Positions 50,701 to 59,922 of a stretch of 64,000 bases of DNA are shown here, in pieces. A model generated the notes under the pieces. It ran no database searches. It was not told where the DNA came from and saw nothing but the letters and a program-made list of their open reading frames with translations. Position 1 is the stretch's first letter, and the number at the start of each line of letters is the position of its first letter. Made by a program: the position numbers and the translations under genes. The stretch is from an uncultured virus (IMG/VR IMGVR_UViG_2687453603_000006) (taxonomy: Duplodnaviria; Heunggongvirae; Uroviricota; Caudoviricetes): IMG/VR virus record IMGVR_UViG_2687453603_000006. One strand, written 5' to 3'.

Positions 50701-52925
50701 GAGCAAAAACATTAACAGGTCGATCTTTTGGTATGCTATTATACGATTATACTGACACTAAGGTTTTATCTAATTTCTCAGTTGAGACTCTACCAGAGAC
50801 AGTCGATCCCAAATTAGTTGGTAAGAAATTTAAAGCTACTAAAACTTTTACTACACCTTCTAGCTTCAAAAACAACTTAAACTTTTTAGCTTATGCTGGT
50901 TATTATCTAGCTAATGACGGAAGTCGTATTTATCCTTCAGTAACAATTTCTAATTTAAAACTAGAAACTGGTAATATCGTTAGTGACTGGACACCCGCCC
51001 CAGAAGACACTTCTACTACTTTACAAGATTACAATACTCGTATTTCTTCAGCAGAAACTTTTATCGAAAAGAATAAAGATAAGATTTCTCAAATTGCTAC
51101 TAAAACTGATGTTGACACTTTGCTTAGCAAAGTAGCTACTTATGAAACTCAATATAGTGTTTCTAGTGGAAATAACTATCAAGTCCCTCTTCAAGAATAT
51201 AATGGCTCATTCTTTACTGATAACTATACTTATGAAGTTGTTGCTAAGAACAATTCTTTAAGTTCTAACAATGTAGCAACTGCTATATTCGTAAGTAAAG
51301 GCTCAAACAATGGTTATGAATTAGTTGAATTAGACAATATGTCTAAAACTGGTGCTAACCCTAAATTTGTTTTGGATAGTAAGGGTAGACCTTCTATTTC
51401 TACTTTCTCTCCTCAATCTGCTACTCAAGATATTTCAGTTATTTACACTAAATATTTAGGTAGTGCTTCAACAATCAACACAACTAAATCATTGATTGAG
51501 CAAACTGCTAGTTCTATTGAATTACAAGTTAAGAAACTTACTGCTGAGACTGAATACAACAACATATTATTAAATTCAGACTTCTCTTCTGGCTGGGAAG
51601 GTTGGATAAATGTTGATCCTCAGTATAGTATTGTTGATAAAAATACTTTTGGTATCACTCTTCCTGACGCAATCACTAATAAAAATAAGAAATATAATAC
51701 AGTTAAAATGACATACAATAAAAATACAAATTACCCTTCTGTATTTTCTAATTTTATTTCTGTTGGAAAAGGTCAAGAGGTAGCTATTGGTGAACATTTA
51801 ACACTAACTTGTTATGCCTATATCCCTTCTTCATCTAAAGGTAAATTAACTGGTAACATATATATTGAATTCGCTGGTTACTATGAAAAAGACCAAAAAT
51901 CAAACCCAATGATTGCTAGACATGAAATATTACCTAAAGATTTTGAATATAATAAATGGTTCAGAATGACAGCTAGTACTGCTATTCCTTCTACTAACTC
52001 TGAGGGTAAAAAAATCAATTATATTAGAGCTTGTTTACGTTATGACGGTAAAAATCAAAGCGTAAATAATAGTGCTATATTCTATTATGCGTTACCTCAA
52101 TTAGAGCGTGGATCAAAACCAACCGAGTGGTCGTTATCAAGACTTGACGTATTTAGCACTGAACAATTGGCAGCTAAGATTGCCTTAAACCCAGAGAGTG
52201 TGGATATTATCGCAAGAAATATTGATTTCAATACTGACTCAATGAAGATTTATAATTCTAACGGTACATTAAACATTTCTGGAGATACTTTAACAATTAG
52301 TAACAACAATAGTTCTAATGAAGTAATTATAAATCCAAAAGGTTTTACACTTAAAAAAGATGGTGTAGTTAAGTTTAAAAATGGACTAGACACAAGCGAT
52401 TATAGTGTCCAAGCTTATGAACCACAGTTTAGTTCATGGAATAATATTAAAGCTACTGATCCCGCTGCTAAGAGTAAGTATAATTACATTCGACATATTG
52501 AGCCGGGGATGAATGGTTATTACACTATAAATACTGGTGTTTACAATTTTGCAGTACAACACAAACAACTATTAGAGGTAAATAATACAAAAAATGCGAG
52601 AGTTAACAGGTATACATATCTTTACAACAAAAGGTATTTAAAAATACAAATGTCTGCTTCTTCTCAAGGTAAAAGTAAGCTTTATATAATATTCAAGACA
52701 AAAACTGGAGATACTACTCTTCATCAAGAAATAGTTAGTTCTACATCATTGGTATACCCAGATATAACAATTGACTTACAGGCTAAATTAGGTTATCCGC
52801 CTAACAATTTGCCAGACTTTTTTGAATTACAAGCTGGTATTGCCTATGGAGAAAATAATTCTATTGATGGTTTCTTTAGAATTAGACGTATGGCAATGAC
52901 AGATACACCAAATGCGGAGGTTTAA
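44724..52925 (+). CDS. Giant tail tip/Tal-like protein with internal repeats
   Basis: 2733 aa; IVTRLYPFG prophage-tail motif; repeated helical units; CBM-like KLETGNIVSDWTPAPED and QLERGSKPTEW. Confidence 0.8.
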   Translation: MTLNNHFAYTFEERPTPKLWLCKPDGTRIERIADFSKLGGTFKFTNVNTLHFDLPLQVFSEDTKQIERNKVVDLVKNKYLIDYRYNGYRDIFVIDDIKKSANDSDFITLNLDSRASELNKKAANEIELLGSTIPQMMNKILSIYAPLWKLGHVDGKIINVKRELTGSNTTVNALIDNICSLFDAVAIYNNINRTISFYHKDNVGTNRGLRVRENSYLKSFEDQFVSKDIVTRLYPFGQSGLTIQSVNPAGSSYIEDFSYFMSPFKRDNNRNVLQHSDYMSDELCHALLDYQEFYASKKDQAGELSKQYSAILKEHSQEDFRLNQLSATLQRLNERVELVKPKSEYIDLGTKVKNFKITVPKSSYYLIMIRNDGSFTRIKFNNKQYDIPSGEWLYIKLKTGKFNDATKFEKQLEYPLEILSANANLRVVYTRSSEGDYEEEDTKKIEEKYNLEKYKTLVKDQEKVVASIERRLKAFEDQRASVIRSMNAKNFLSEKLYKERELYVFESVWNEENHTDAQELYDDAVKQMKKQKKINRTITVDLVNFIQSLDHKDDWDKLNVGDKVIFQNKIFNTKIKAYITEMQLDFQTNQVKITISDIFDYKDLDMIIAEKLAQTTSTSSQVDFHKQQIREQTGRITDMTRLIEGEWDANKKRVMAGNETVDIGSHGVKVISKDNPNEFVIMVGGVIAMTRDNGETFKTGITPEGINAEMLIGKMIVGETLTFENESGTVKFDKDGLYVNSKNFHLVSNDGEENYFDKLKREMSENAKQQTDRMLEEYKKEVSQTISEATDVRNIVDNAADILQAAFADGVITDVEKRLISETLAQLEKENREFEDKINLALNHPYITEEDTIELNNSIVEYSSMYETLVISINESVSDKMITPQESEEINQNIINFREEIKDILSLVEEIIERTKNAQLQATLEEAKDYTTRVRDDIKDELNDLNKSFKSLSSTVEDSLKDNIFDAAELEAIKTVVLVTKSEYQDITNRYSSMSVNTDLKSESKSDLTKAYKTLDSSFNDFVKYIDEMTMDRVADETEKANYKKKYDTLQKNLSDYMKKYDNCILEISKKYSKDEADKVLGDFTAIATELKNDFQDVKDNWAEFKQTTLESFKDGIVTEAEKARLRVQLDMLDRESMDIEERYKSLLANQYTDTNIKNRLAASRSPYLSAHASLRQTIEQIITDGQVDESEKTLANKSLNTYNTTLTAYSKAIQEALNTLSQIISSDVASKKVEEFNGVITTISSDVDTIKKQRDGSVITYYYSGVPTLSNDPAKSWTTNDLKDLHIKDMYLDTKSGYAYTFTKSGTSYSWKPLTDQVIVSSLKQAKNAQDTADNKRRVFVTQPIPPYDQGDMWTQGSQGDIYVCGTSRTTGSFVSSDWVKASKYTDDTVAKQAAKDLENYKVKMTKDFKDLNDGVSTFKTEVIKDFKDGIVTEAEKTRLRVQLDILDRESQDIEERYNSIFNSQYADTQVKTSISNARSTYNNSLTNLRNTIQTIIEDGEVTSSEKTTANQTLTTYNNALTGYSTAIQEALSSMSKVIAQKEATSQVNQFNEVINNINTNITDIQKQVDGAIETFYYSGVPTLTNIPASDWKTTNKREAHLGDLYLDTATGIVYRFLKKGTTSPTYYWSAISDQIITDALNRAKTAQDTADGKRRVFVNTPVPPYDTGDMWTQGARGDIYVCQTPKAKGAIYSINDWVKASKYTDDTVANSAVQQLNEYKRTNNLDIADLKRKTSDFEKTVVNAFDDRVISISESSAIKGQLALLNHEKDRLARQYENIIGNSNLVGAEKTKLSTTYSNMNTKLSDLSTTINSAIVDNKIVDAESKSVTSKLELYKTSVNEYQLAFDNALNSIIREIASSQAKDRLDEWKRTEFSTDSDGIIERVAGAKFDSKWTDTWRSTVNPAISKVQSSLNDTNNKISNLKTGGVNLLQSYREETKAVIDPSITSTKKASFDKLWATPLYKPDYFRTYLQPNTEYTISYEIQIDNFNGAKTLTGRSFGMLLYDYTDTKVLSNFSVETLPETVDPKLVGKKFKATKTFTTPSSFKNNLNFLAYAGYYLANDGSRIYPSVTISNLKLETGNIVSDWTPAPEDTSTTLQDYNTRISSAETFIEKNKDKISQIATKTDVDTLLSKVATYETQYSVSSGNNYQVPLQEYNGSFFTDNYTYEVVAKNNSLSSNNVATAIFVSKGSNNGYELVELDNMSKTGANPKFVLDSKGRPSISTFSPQSATQDISVIYTKYLGSASTINTTKSLIEQTASSIELQVKKLTAETEYNNILLNSDFSSGWEGWINVDPQYSIVDKNTFGITLPDAITNKNKKYNTVKMTYNKNTNYPSVFSNFISVGKGQEVAIGEHLTLTCYAYIPSSSKGKLTGNIYIEFAGYYEKDQKSNPMIARHEILPKDFEYNKWFRMTASTAIPSTNSEGKKINYIRACLRYDGKNQSVNNSAIFYYALPQLERGSKPTEWSLSRLDVFSTEQLAAKIALNPESVDIIARNIDFNTDSMKIYNSNGTLNISGDTLTISNNNSSNEVIINPKGFTLKKDGVVKFKNGLDTSDYSVQAYEPQFSSWNNIKATDPAAKSKYNYIRHIEPGMNGYYTINTGVYNFAVQHKQLLEVNNTKNARVNRYTYLYNKRYLKIQMSASSQGKSKLYIIFKTKTGDTTLHQEIVSSTSLVYPDITIDLQAKLGYPPNNLPDFFELQAGIAYGENNSIDGFFRIRRMAMTDTPNAEV

Positions 52926-52927
52926 AA

Positions 52928-53302
52928 ATGGAAATCATAAAAACTTATGACTCACTCATTAATTTAGAAAATGGAGATTATTATACGGATCGCTATGTAT
53001 TAGCTGTTCCATACACTTCTATTGATGAGGATGGAAAGATATCCGGTGATTACTCTTTTGGCTCAACCTTTCACACGGTTGTTCCTTGTGCTACTTTAAT
53101 TATTGACGAAAATACGCATAATCAACTAGAAAGTTTAAGACTTAAAATTATTGATGGCGTATATAAATTAGTAGCACCAGACGGTTATAAATTCATAACT
53201 ATTGAAGATAATGAAAGCGAAGAAGACCGTGAAATTCGTGAATTAGAAGAAATGTTAGCAAAATTAAAATCGAAAAAAAGGAGTTTAAATAATAATGAAT
53301 GA
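52928..53302 (+). CDS. Hypothetical tail-associated protein
   Basis: 124 aa, GGAGG RBS. Confidence 0.65.
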   Translation: MEIIKTYDSLINLENGDYYTDRYVLAVPYTSIDEDGKISGDYSFGSTFHTVVPCATLIIDENTHNQLESLRLKIIDGVYKLVAPDGYKFITIEDNESEEDREIRELEEMLAKLKSKKRSLNNNE

Positions 53303-53462
53303 AAATGATTTAAATATACAAATACAAAGATTACAAGCACAAAATGAGAAGTTATCAACTGTTGTTGGAAATCAAGCAAATTATATTGCTGAGCTTGAAG
53401 TGACGAATGAAATGTTGTTATCTCAAATTCAAAATAATGATGAACAAGAAGCTCAAGGTTAA
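53295..53462 (+). CDS. Small coiled-coil protein (55 aa)
   Basis: Not in ORF track. AAGGAG RBS; MNENDLNIQIQRLQAQNEKL...EAQG; hairpin overlapping stop. Confidence 0.65.
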   Translation: MNENDLNIQIQRLQAQNEKLSTVVGNQANYIAELEVTNEMLLSQIQNNDEQEAQG

Positions 53463-53503
53463 TACCTTGAGTTTTCTTATGTAGAATACAAGGAGTGTTT
53501 TAA

Positions 53504-56173
53504 TTGTCATATTTTAATAATGTCTATACGTTAAAATTAGATATCAAGCAACAAAACCCTAACCCAGTAATTCGTATTGTTCAATATGACTCAGCTGTTT
53601 TTAAAATAGAGTTATATGATAATGGACGAAAAATAGATATCAAAGATGGCGAGAGATTTACAGTTAGTGTAGAACATGAGGCTACTGGTGAAACTCATTC
53701 TGGTATCGCTAAATACGATGGTGAACAATTTGTTGTTTATGATTTAAGAAAAGCTGATATGAAAAATATTGGTACATATAGAGCAAGATTTGCCTCTTAT
53801 AAAGATAGAAACCGTGTTTCTTCACTAATGTTCAGATATGAAGTTTATGAAGATTATGAAACTGTTGGAGACGCTAGTGAATTAACTATGCTCCAAGAAC
53901 TATTCCAAGAAGTTGAAGAAGTTGGAAGAGTTACACAACGTCAAGGTGAATATGCTGAGGATCGTGGAGATTATGCTAATGCAGCTGGTGACTATGCAAA
54001 CCGTGCTGGAGACTCTCAGATTATGAATTGGCTACCTTACGTTAAGACCTTAGCTGAAAGAAATAAACTATATCCAAACCCGGAAAACGGCGATACTGTT
54101 TATGTTATTGATGAAAATAAAGTATTCAGGTATGACGGAATTGACGCATTAGACTGGGAAGCAATTTCTGGATATGACACTTCAGTTATTCAAGACATTT
54201 ATAATACTAAAGAAGATAAAACAGTTGTTGCTAAATTAAGAGAAGATTTAAATTCATTAACTATTGGTGCTAGAAACTTACTCACAGGTACAGATTTCGA
54301 AAAACCTATGAATTTAAAATATACCTCACCTACCTTTACTTTCACTCAAAATAAATCAGACTCATCTATGACATTAGCCCCTACTGATAAATACGTTTCA
54401 ACTTCTGCTGTATACTTTGATTTAGAAAAAGAAGCTCTCGAAAATAATTTCTTTACCCTTTCATTTAACGTAAAAGTATTAAGTGGTAGTGCTACACTCA
54501 AGTTTAAAGTTGGTGACGCTGCTTATTCTGAGCCTGTTACTGTAAAAGCTTCATCTAATTACCAACGTGTAGTATTAACTGCTTCAACTCAAGATTTAAA
54601 AACGAATAAAACTAACCTTTTATTGCAAACTACAAGTGCTATTGCCATTGAAAAAGAAAGCTTTAAAGCAGAAATCGGTAATAGAGCAACTACTTGGACA
54701 CCTTCTTATCTAGATGTAAAAACAAAACTGGATGACTATGGTACTAGAATTAAAGGTTTAGAAGTTGAAATGAACACAAACGTAGTTAAGAAATCGGTCT
54801 ATGAAGCTGATAAATCTAAAAATGAAGAGAAGCTCAGTAAGATTATACAAGACGCTAATAGTTTAACATCTATCGTTTCTAAGAAAGTTGATAAAGGTCA
54901 AGTTAAATCTATGATCAACCAAACTGCTGAACGTATCAAAATTAAAGCAAGTAATATTGATTTTGATGGAGTAGTTGTATTCAAAAACAGAAACAATAAG
55001 ATTGATCCTAACGCTTTTGTAAGAATTAACGGTGGAGAATTAACTGCTAAAGGTTACTACCGAAGAGTATGGCGTGATGGTAAAGCTCGTAACCGTGTTC
55101 AAGTTGTTCAACTTACAGACGGAATGCTAAGAATTTCCGATCCAAAAGGTGACTTAGTTGACTCAACAAAAGATAGAGACTATCGCTATGATATTGATGT
55201 TAATGGTAAGAGAGTTTATAGTACAGTTCGTTCTCTTTACTATTCTTCAGATGGTGTCTCTACTTACCGTGACGGTTCTGGTAAAGCATTTAATAAAGAA
55301 GGTAAAGTAGTTTCTTCTGGTACTATCGAATTCTTCTCACATGAATATTCTAGAAGTCGTGGTTTAACATTATATTCTGCTGGTGGTGCAATTGGTTTAC
55401 AAGCAGCTAACAATGCTATTCATATTGACGCAGCGGCTACTTTATATAATCGTTCAAGACAAGCTAATGTAATCATTCGACCTCATGAGAACGTTCGTAA
55501 AGGTATCAACGACTTCAAATTTGGTATTAGTGCTGATAATACAGGTAGACTTGTTTATGGTGATGAAAGTAAACGTTTAGGTGTAGGACTTAGATTTTCT
55601 AAATCATCTAAAAACAAAGTAATTACAGGTATTGACTCAACTGGACGTGCTAGTTCAGATGTACGTTTGGAAATTGGTGAAGTAAGAGCTAACAAAATTT
55701 TATCAAGAGATGGTAAGGAAACAGTTTACTTCAACAATGCTGGTAGTGGTAACTTAACTCAATCAGCTACTTTACGTGCTGGCGGTATCAAAACTAATGC
55801 AACTAACTTCTATGTTGGTGTACGTGGTGAACTACGTGTTACTAATACTAGAGGTGCTAACTTTGGTAAAGGTATTGGTTACATGCCTGTAAGAGCAAGT
55901 AAATTTAACTCTGTATCTAGTAGAAAATATAAAACAAATATTAAAGATTTAGAAATTAATTCTTTAGATGTTTTGAATTCTACTGATATTAAACAATACA
56001 ATCTTAAATCTGATTTAAATGACGGTATCGACAAAGTTAAATATGGTGTGATCCTTGAAGACTCTCATGACGCTTTAAAAGAAGGAGACGCAATTGACGT
56101 TTATACTATGACTTCTATCCTTTGGGATGTTGTTAAAAAGCAACAAAAAGAAATCGAGCAATTGAAAAAATAA
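53504..56173 (+). CDS. BppU-like tail fibre/receptor-binding protein with C-terminal intramolecular chaperone (S74-like)
   Basis: N-terminal VQYDSAVFKIELYDNG; C-terminal SSRKYKTNIKDL...YGVILE...QKEIEQLK. Confidence 0.75.
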   Translation: MSYFNNVYTLKLDIKQQNPNPVIRIVQYDSAVFKIELYDNGRKIDIKDGERFTVSVEHEATGETHSGIAKYDGEQFVVYDLRKADMKNIGTYRARFASYKDRNRVSSLMFRYEVYEDYETVGDASELTMLQELFQEVEEVGRVTQRQGEYAEDRGDYANAAGDYANRAGDSQIMNWLPYVKTLAERNKLYPNPENGDTVYVIDENKVFRYDGIDALDWEAISGYDTSVIQDIYNTKEDKTVVAKLREDLNSLTIGARNLLTGTDFEKPMNLKYTSPTFTFTQNKSDSSMTLAPTDKYVSTSAVYFDLEKEALENNFFTLSFNVKVLSGSATLKFKVGDAAYSEPVTVKASSNYQRVVLTASTQDLKTNKTNLLLQTTSAIAIEKESFKAEIGNRATTWTPSYLDVKTKLDDYGTRIKGLEVEMNTNVVKKSVYEADKSKNEEKLSKIIQDANSLTSIVSKKVDKGQVKSMINQTAERIKIKASNIDFDGVVVFKNRNNKIDPNAFVRINGGELTAKGYYRRVWRDGKARNRVQVVQLTDGMLRISDPKGDLVDSTKDRDYRYDIDVNGKRVYSTVRSLYYSSDGVSTYRDGSGKAFNKEGKVVSSGTIEFFSHEYSRSRGLTLYSAGGAIGLQAANNAIHIDAAATLYNRSRQANVIIRPHENVRKGINDFKFGISADNTGRLVYGDESKRLGVGLRFSKSSKNKVITGIDSTGRASSDVRLEIGEVRANKILSRDGKETVYFNNAGSGNLTQSATLRAGGIKTNATNFYVGVRGELRVTNTRGANFGKGIGYMPVRASKFNSVSSRKYKTNIKDLEINSLDVLNSTDIKQYNLKSDLNDGIDKVKYGVILEDSHDALKEGDAIDVYTMTSILWDVVKKQQKEIEQLKK

Positions 56174-56216
56174 TCTCTAAGGTGGCTATTTATTAGTCAC
56201 CTATCTTCTTTATAAG

Positions 56217-56681
56217 GTGGTGATAACCATTAGAAAGCTAAATGAGTTAAGAGAACTGTTCAAGAAAAACTTGTTACAGTTAAATATAGCCACAATTGGT
56301 TTTGATGTATTAATCATAAGTACAAGTATAATTGGTATGATCAAATCAATAGAATGGATCAATAAGAACACTAGTGAATTAAAAAATGCTTCTATATTCT
56401 ACTATAATATCTCTGAAGTTGTTGATATACAGATAATGGGATGGTTGCTTTTAGTATCATGTTTCTTATTATTAATTTCAGTATTCATTAGAACACCAAA
56501 TGAATTCAGACTTATGATTTTAGGTGGCTTGGTATCAGGCTTAGTTTATTTTGCATTTGGCATTCTTGCAGTGGATAACGCTTCTTTATACGCAACATAT
56601 TACAACAATCTTATCAATGGATGGGTTCAAATAATAATAGCAGGAATGGGTGCAATTGGCATATGGAAAACGAAAGTATAA
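56217..56681 (+). CDS. Multi-pass membrane protein (lysis module)
   Basis: About four hydrophobic segments. Confidence 0.65.
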   Translation: MVITIRKLNELRELFKKNLLQLNIATIGFDVLIISTSIIGMIKSIEWINKNTSELKNASIFYYNISEVVDIQIMGWLLLVSCFLLLISVFIRTPNEFRLMILGGLVSGLVYFAFGILAVDNASLYATYYNNLINGWVQIIIAGMGAIGIWKTKV

Positions 56682-57175
56682 TCGAGGTGCAATTATCTGG
56701 TATTAAGGAAGATGTAACAAAACTACAAGAAGATCATGACAAAACAAAAGAGCGTCAAGATAAACTTGACACTAAAATTGAAAAAACTTTAGATAGAATG
56801 CAAAAGTATCAAGATATGAACAATGAAAAGTTTTTACAATTAAGTATAAACAATGCTCAAATGTTAGAGATGACTAAAAATGTAGAAAAGAATACTGAAA
56901 GAACTGCGGATATCATGGAGAGAATGGTTGAAGACGATAAAGAAACAAAGGCTTCAATTGATAAAAAGTTTGCAGAAGTCGATGACGATATTAGTGACTT
57001 GAAATCAGAAATTCATACTAAAATCAATTCTATTGAGACTACTAGTATTAGTGAAGATGGAGAGTCGAGAATATCTGGTAAGACTTGGGGGACAATTTTG
57101 ATTGCCCTTTTTGCACTTATGGAAACAATGATTAAGGTAGTAGCTCCCCTACTAGCTCCGTTAATCACAAAATAA
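56663..57175 (+). CDS. Coiled-coil protein with C-terminal membrane anchor (lysis accessory)
   Basis: Coiled coil followed by WGTILIALFALM; ATG 56663 overlaps upstream gene. Confidence 0.6.
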   Translation: MENESIIEVQLSGIKEDVTKLQEDHDKTKERQDKLDTKIEKTLDRMQKYQDMNNEKFLQLSINNAQMLEMTKNVEKNTERTADIMERMVEDDKETKASIDKKFAEVDDDISDLKSEIHTKINSIETTSISEDGESRISGKTWGTILIALFALMETMIKVVAPLLAPLITK

Positions 57176-57196
57176 ATTTAAAGGAGATAAGATATA

Positions 57197-57526
57197 ATGA
57201 TTAAACTTGATAAAGGATCACTTGTTAGAGGTGTTTTAGGTTTGCTTGCTTTCGTAAACGTAGCTTTAGAATTGTCTGGTCATAACCCTATTCCTATTGA
57301 TGAAGGTGCAATTAATACATTTATTACTCTAGCCTTCTTAGGTGCCACAACTATTCTTGGCTATTATAAGAACTTCAATGTAACTCAAGAGGCACATATT
57401 GCTCAAGCTAACTTAAATGCTTTGAAACAACAAAAGAAATACGCACAAAACACAGGCGGAGTAATCTCAGCAGCTATGGCTGATGAAGATAGTCTTCCTA
57501 ACAAACATTTAGATCAAACTATTTAA
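57197..57526 (+). CDS. Holin, SPP1 family
   Basis: KGSLVRGVLGLLAFVN...GHNPIPIDE...YYKNFNVT; two TM segments. Confidence 0.85.
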   Translation: MIKLDKGSLVRGVLGLLAFVNVALELSGHNPIPIDEGAINTFITLAFLGATTILGYYKNFNVTQEAHIAQANLNALKQQKKYAQNTGGVISAAMADEDSLPNKHLDQTI

Positions 57527-57530
57527 TCTA

Positions 57531-57557
57531 AGCCGAGTTATCTATTAACTCGGTTTT
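57531..57557 (+). terminator. Intrinsic terminator after holin
   Basis: GCCGAGTTA-TCTAT-TAACTCGGT-TTT. Confidence 0.65.
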
Positions 57558-57577
57558 AATTAATAAGGAGTGCAATA

Positions 57578-59239
57578 ATGAGAAGAAATTTAATTAATAA
57601 TTATCGTTTCTTAGATTTCCCACAAGAGACTTCTATTGAAATTAAGCAAGGTGACTTTACTCCTATCACTGTTAAATTAGACTCTACTGAGACGATTAAA
57701 GATGATGGTAAAGACGCAAAAGTTATCTTAATCAACACTGACAATGAGAAAGTTTTTGAAACTAGCGTACCAGCAAAAAATAGAATTATCGAGTTTGCTA
57801 TTAATAAGAACTTACCTAAGGGAAGATACTTTTTAGAGATTGTCTATAATCAAATGAAGTTCCCTTCTAGAGATTATAAAACTATCATCATTAATGGTTC
57901 AGCTTCACTAGGTAGTTTAAAAGAAATTAACATTATTAGTGAGGATGACGTTAAAAATAGATTTATCTCTGAAGCTAAAAAAGAATTATCAGCAGATATT
58001 GATCAACTAGTTAGTGAAAAACTTAATAAGTACGTCACTGAAAATCAAGAAGATTTAAAAGGTCAATCTATATCTATTGCTAGTCATGAATTCGATAAGA
58101 ATGGTAATTTAAATATAACTTTTAGCGATGAAACTTCTATTCAAATACCTAAAGGTCAAGATGGTCGTAACGGTGAAAATGGTAGAGATGGTTTGAACGG
58201 AAGAGATGGTCAATCTACAACTACTATTACCGAGCGTGGAACAAGCGATAATCGTAACGGTGTGTTTATTCGTACTTACAAGGTTGATCATGAAGGTATT
58301 AAACAAGATTTAATAAGTGAAACTTTTGTTTCTGATGGAAGAGATGGAAGCAACGGTCAAGACGGTAAACAAGGTAAAAATGGTAATGACGGTCAAGATG
58401 GTCATTCTGTCAATGTTGATCATGTTGAATATGATGAAGATGATAATACAGTTATACATTTCACAGATGGAAAATCTGCAATTATCAAAAAAGGTATTCA
58501 AGGTGAACGAGGTGAAGATGGTCTCAATGGTAACGATGGTATATCAGTGAGCATTAAGAATATTGAAACAGACAACTCTGGAAACAAAGTTGTAAACTTC
58601 ACTGATGGAAACTCAGTAACAATACCTAAAGGTGAACGTGGACTTGATGGCAAAGATGGCACTAACGGAAAATCATTCACATATTCTGACTTTACTCAAG
58701 AACAATTAGAAAGTTTAAAAGGTAAAGACGGAAATGATGGTAAGCAAGGTGCTGACGGTAAATCAATTACTATTGAAGAAACTACAACTAATAATCAAGG
58801 TGATAAAGAAGTACGCTTCTCTGATGGTACTACTCTAGTTATTCCAAAAGGACAAAATGGACAAGATGGAAAACAAGGAGAAGCCGGTAAGAATGGTGAG
58901 AATGGAACTGATGGCCAAGACGGAAAATCAGTAACAGTTACTTCTGAACGTGGAAAAGATGATGAAGGAAACAGTGGAATAAAATTCACATTTTATCATG
59001 AAATTGATGGTGAAAAAACACAGGTAATAACGTCTTCTTTCATACGTGATGGAAAAGATGGTAAAGATGGTAAATCTTTTTCTTTTAGTGATTTAACTGA
59101 AGAAGATTTTAAAAAGATTTTAGATTACGGAATTAAAAATAATTACTTTAACTCTAAAAGTGAAACTGATTTTTTAATCAGTAATAACCCACCTTTAGAT
59201 AAAAATAAAATTTGGATAGATACAGGAGTCGATGAATAA
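57578..59239 (+). CDS. Collagen-like repeat protein (fibre)
   Basis: G-X-Y tracts (GQDGRNGENGRDG) alternating with F(S/T)DG...IPKG modules. Confidence 0.8.
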   Translation: MRRNLINNYRFLDFPQETSIEIKQGDFTPITVKLDSTETIKDDGKDAKVILINTDNEKVFETSVPAKNRIIEFAINKNLPKGRYFLEIVYNQMKFPSRDYKTIIINGSASLGSLKEINIISEDDVKNRFISEAKKELSADIDQLVSEKLNKYVTENQEDLKGQSISIASHEFDKNGNLNITFSDETSIQIPKGQDGRNGENGRDGLNGRDGQSTTTITERGTSDNRNGVFIRTYKVDHEGIKQDLISETFVSDGRDGSNGQDGKQGKNGNDGQDGHSVNVDHVEYDEDDNTVIHFTDGKSAIIKKGIQGERGEDGLNGNDGISVSIKNIETDNSGNKVVNFTDGNSVTIPKGERGLDGKDGTNGKSFTYSDFTQEQLESLKGKDGNDGKQGADGKSITIEETTTNNQGDKEVRFSDGTTLVIPKGQNGQDGKQGEAGKNGENGTDGQDGKSVTVTSERGKDDEGNSGIKFTFYHEIDGEKTQVITSSFIRDGKDGKDGKSFSFSDLTEEDFKKILDYGIKNNYFNSKSETDFLISNNPPLDKNKIWIDTGVDE

Positions 59240-59766
59240 TGAACGCAATACCTAAAATTTATGATGAAGAAAAAAACGAATGGGTTGAATTAGTAACTAA
59301 ACCTATTGCTGAAGAAGTTGTAAGAATTATGGAAGACAATTTCATGAAAAATAAAGGTCAAATTAAGTTATTAAAATTACCATATGGAAAATATTATAAA
59401 GAACAAGATGTATATGAATATACATATTATATGTTCTATAATTCTAAAGTATCACAAAAAGTTGTTGATGAAGCATATGGAACACTAAAAGGATCAGTTC
59501 AATATGTATATGACTCGCTACCAGAAAAAAGAGAATTGACATACAATGATTTAAAACAAGAATATTCTTTCCGTGCTTTTGAAAAGGCTATATTAGGGTT
59601 TAATGTGCTTTATCAAGATGAATTTGGTAGTACAGCAGTTGTTCATAGTAAAGATGTTAGTGAATTAGAATTGTATAATGTGATAGGTTCTTATAACTTC
59701 ACAGTATCTTATATCTTCAATGATAACCCGATAGAAAAAAATCAATTCGTACACAAGGCATATTAA
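59239..59766 (+). CDS. Hypothetical protein
   Basis: 175 aa, coupled to collagen-like gene (TAATG). Confidence 0.65.
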   Translation: MNAIPKIYDEEKNEWVELVTKPIAEEVVRIMEDNFMKNKGQIKLLKLPYGKYYKEQDVYEYTYYMFYNSKVSQKVVDEAYGTLKGSVQYVYDSLPEKRELTYNDLKQEYSFRAFEKAILGFNVLYQDEFGSTAVVHSKDVSELELYNVIGSYNFTVSYIFNDNPIEKNQFVHKAY

Positions 59767-59860
59767 TTAAATATAAGTTACATACCCAAACAACTAAATC
59801 TAAATAAAATTACAATTTTATCTTATATTATAACACAAGAAATAACATATAAGAACCTTA

Positions 59861-59890
59861 AAGAACTAGTTAACGCTAGTTCTTTTTTTT
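59861..59890 (+). terminator. Intrinsic terminator before endolysin
   Basis: AAGAACTAG-TTAACG-CTAGTTCTT followed by a T-run. Confidence 0.7.
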
Positions 59891-59922
59891 ATTACATAAA
59901 TTTAACTAAGGAGTGTTGTTCT

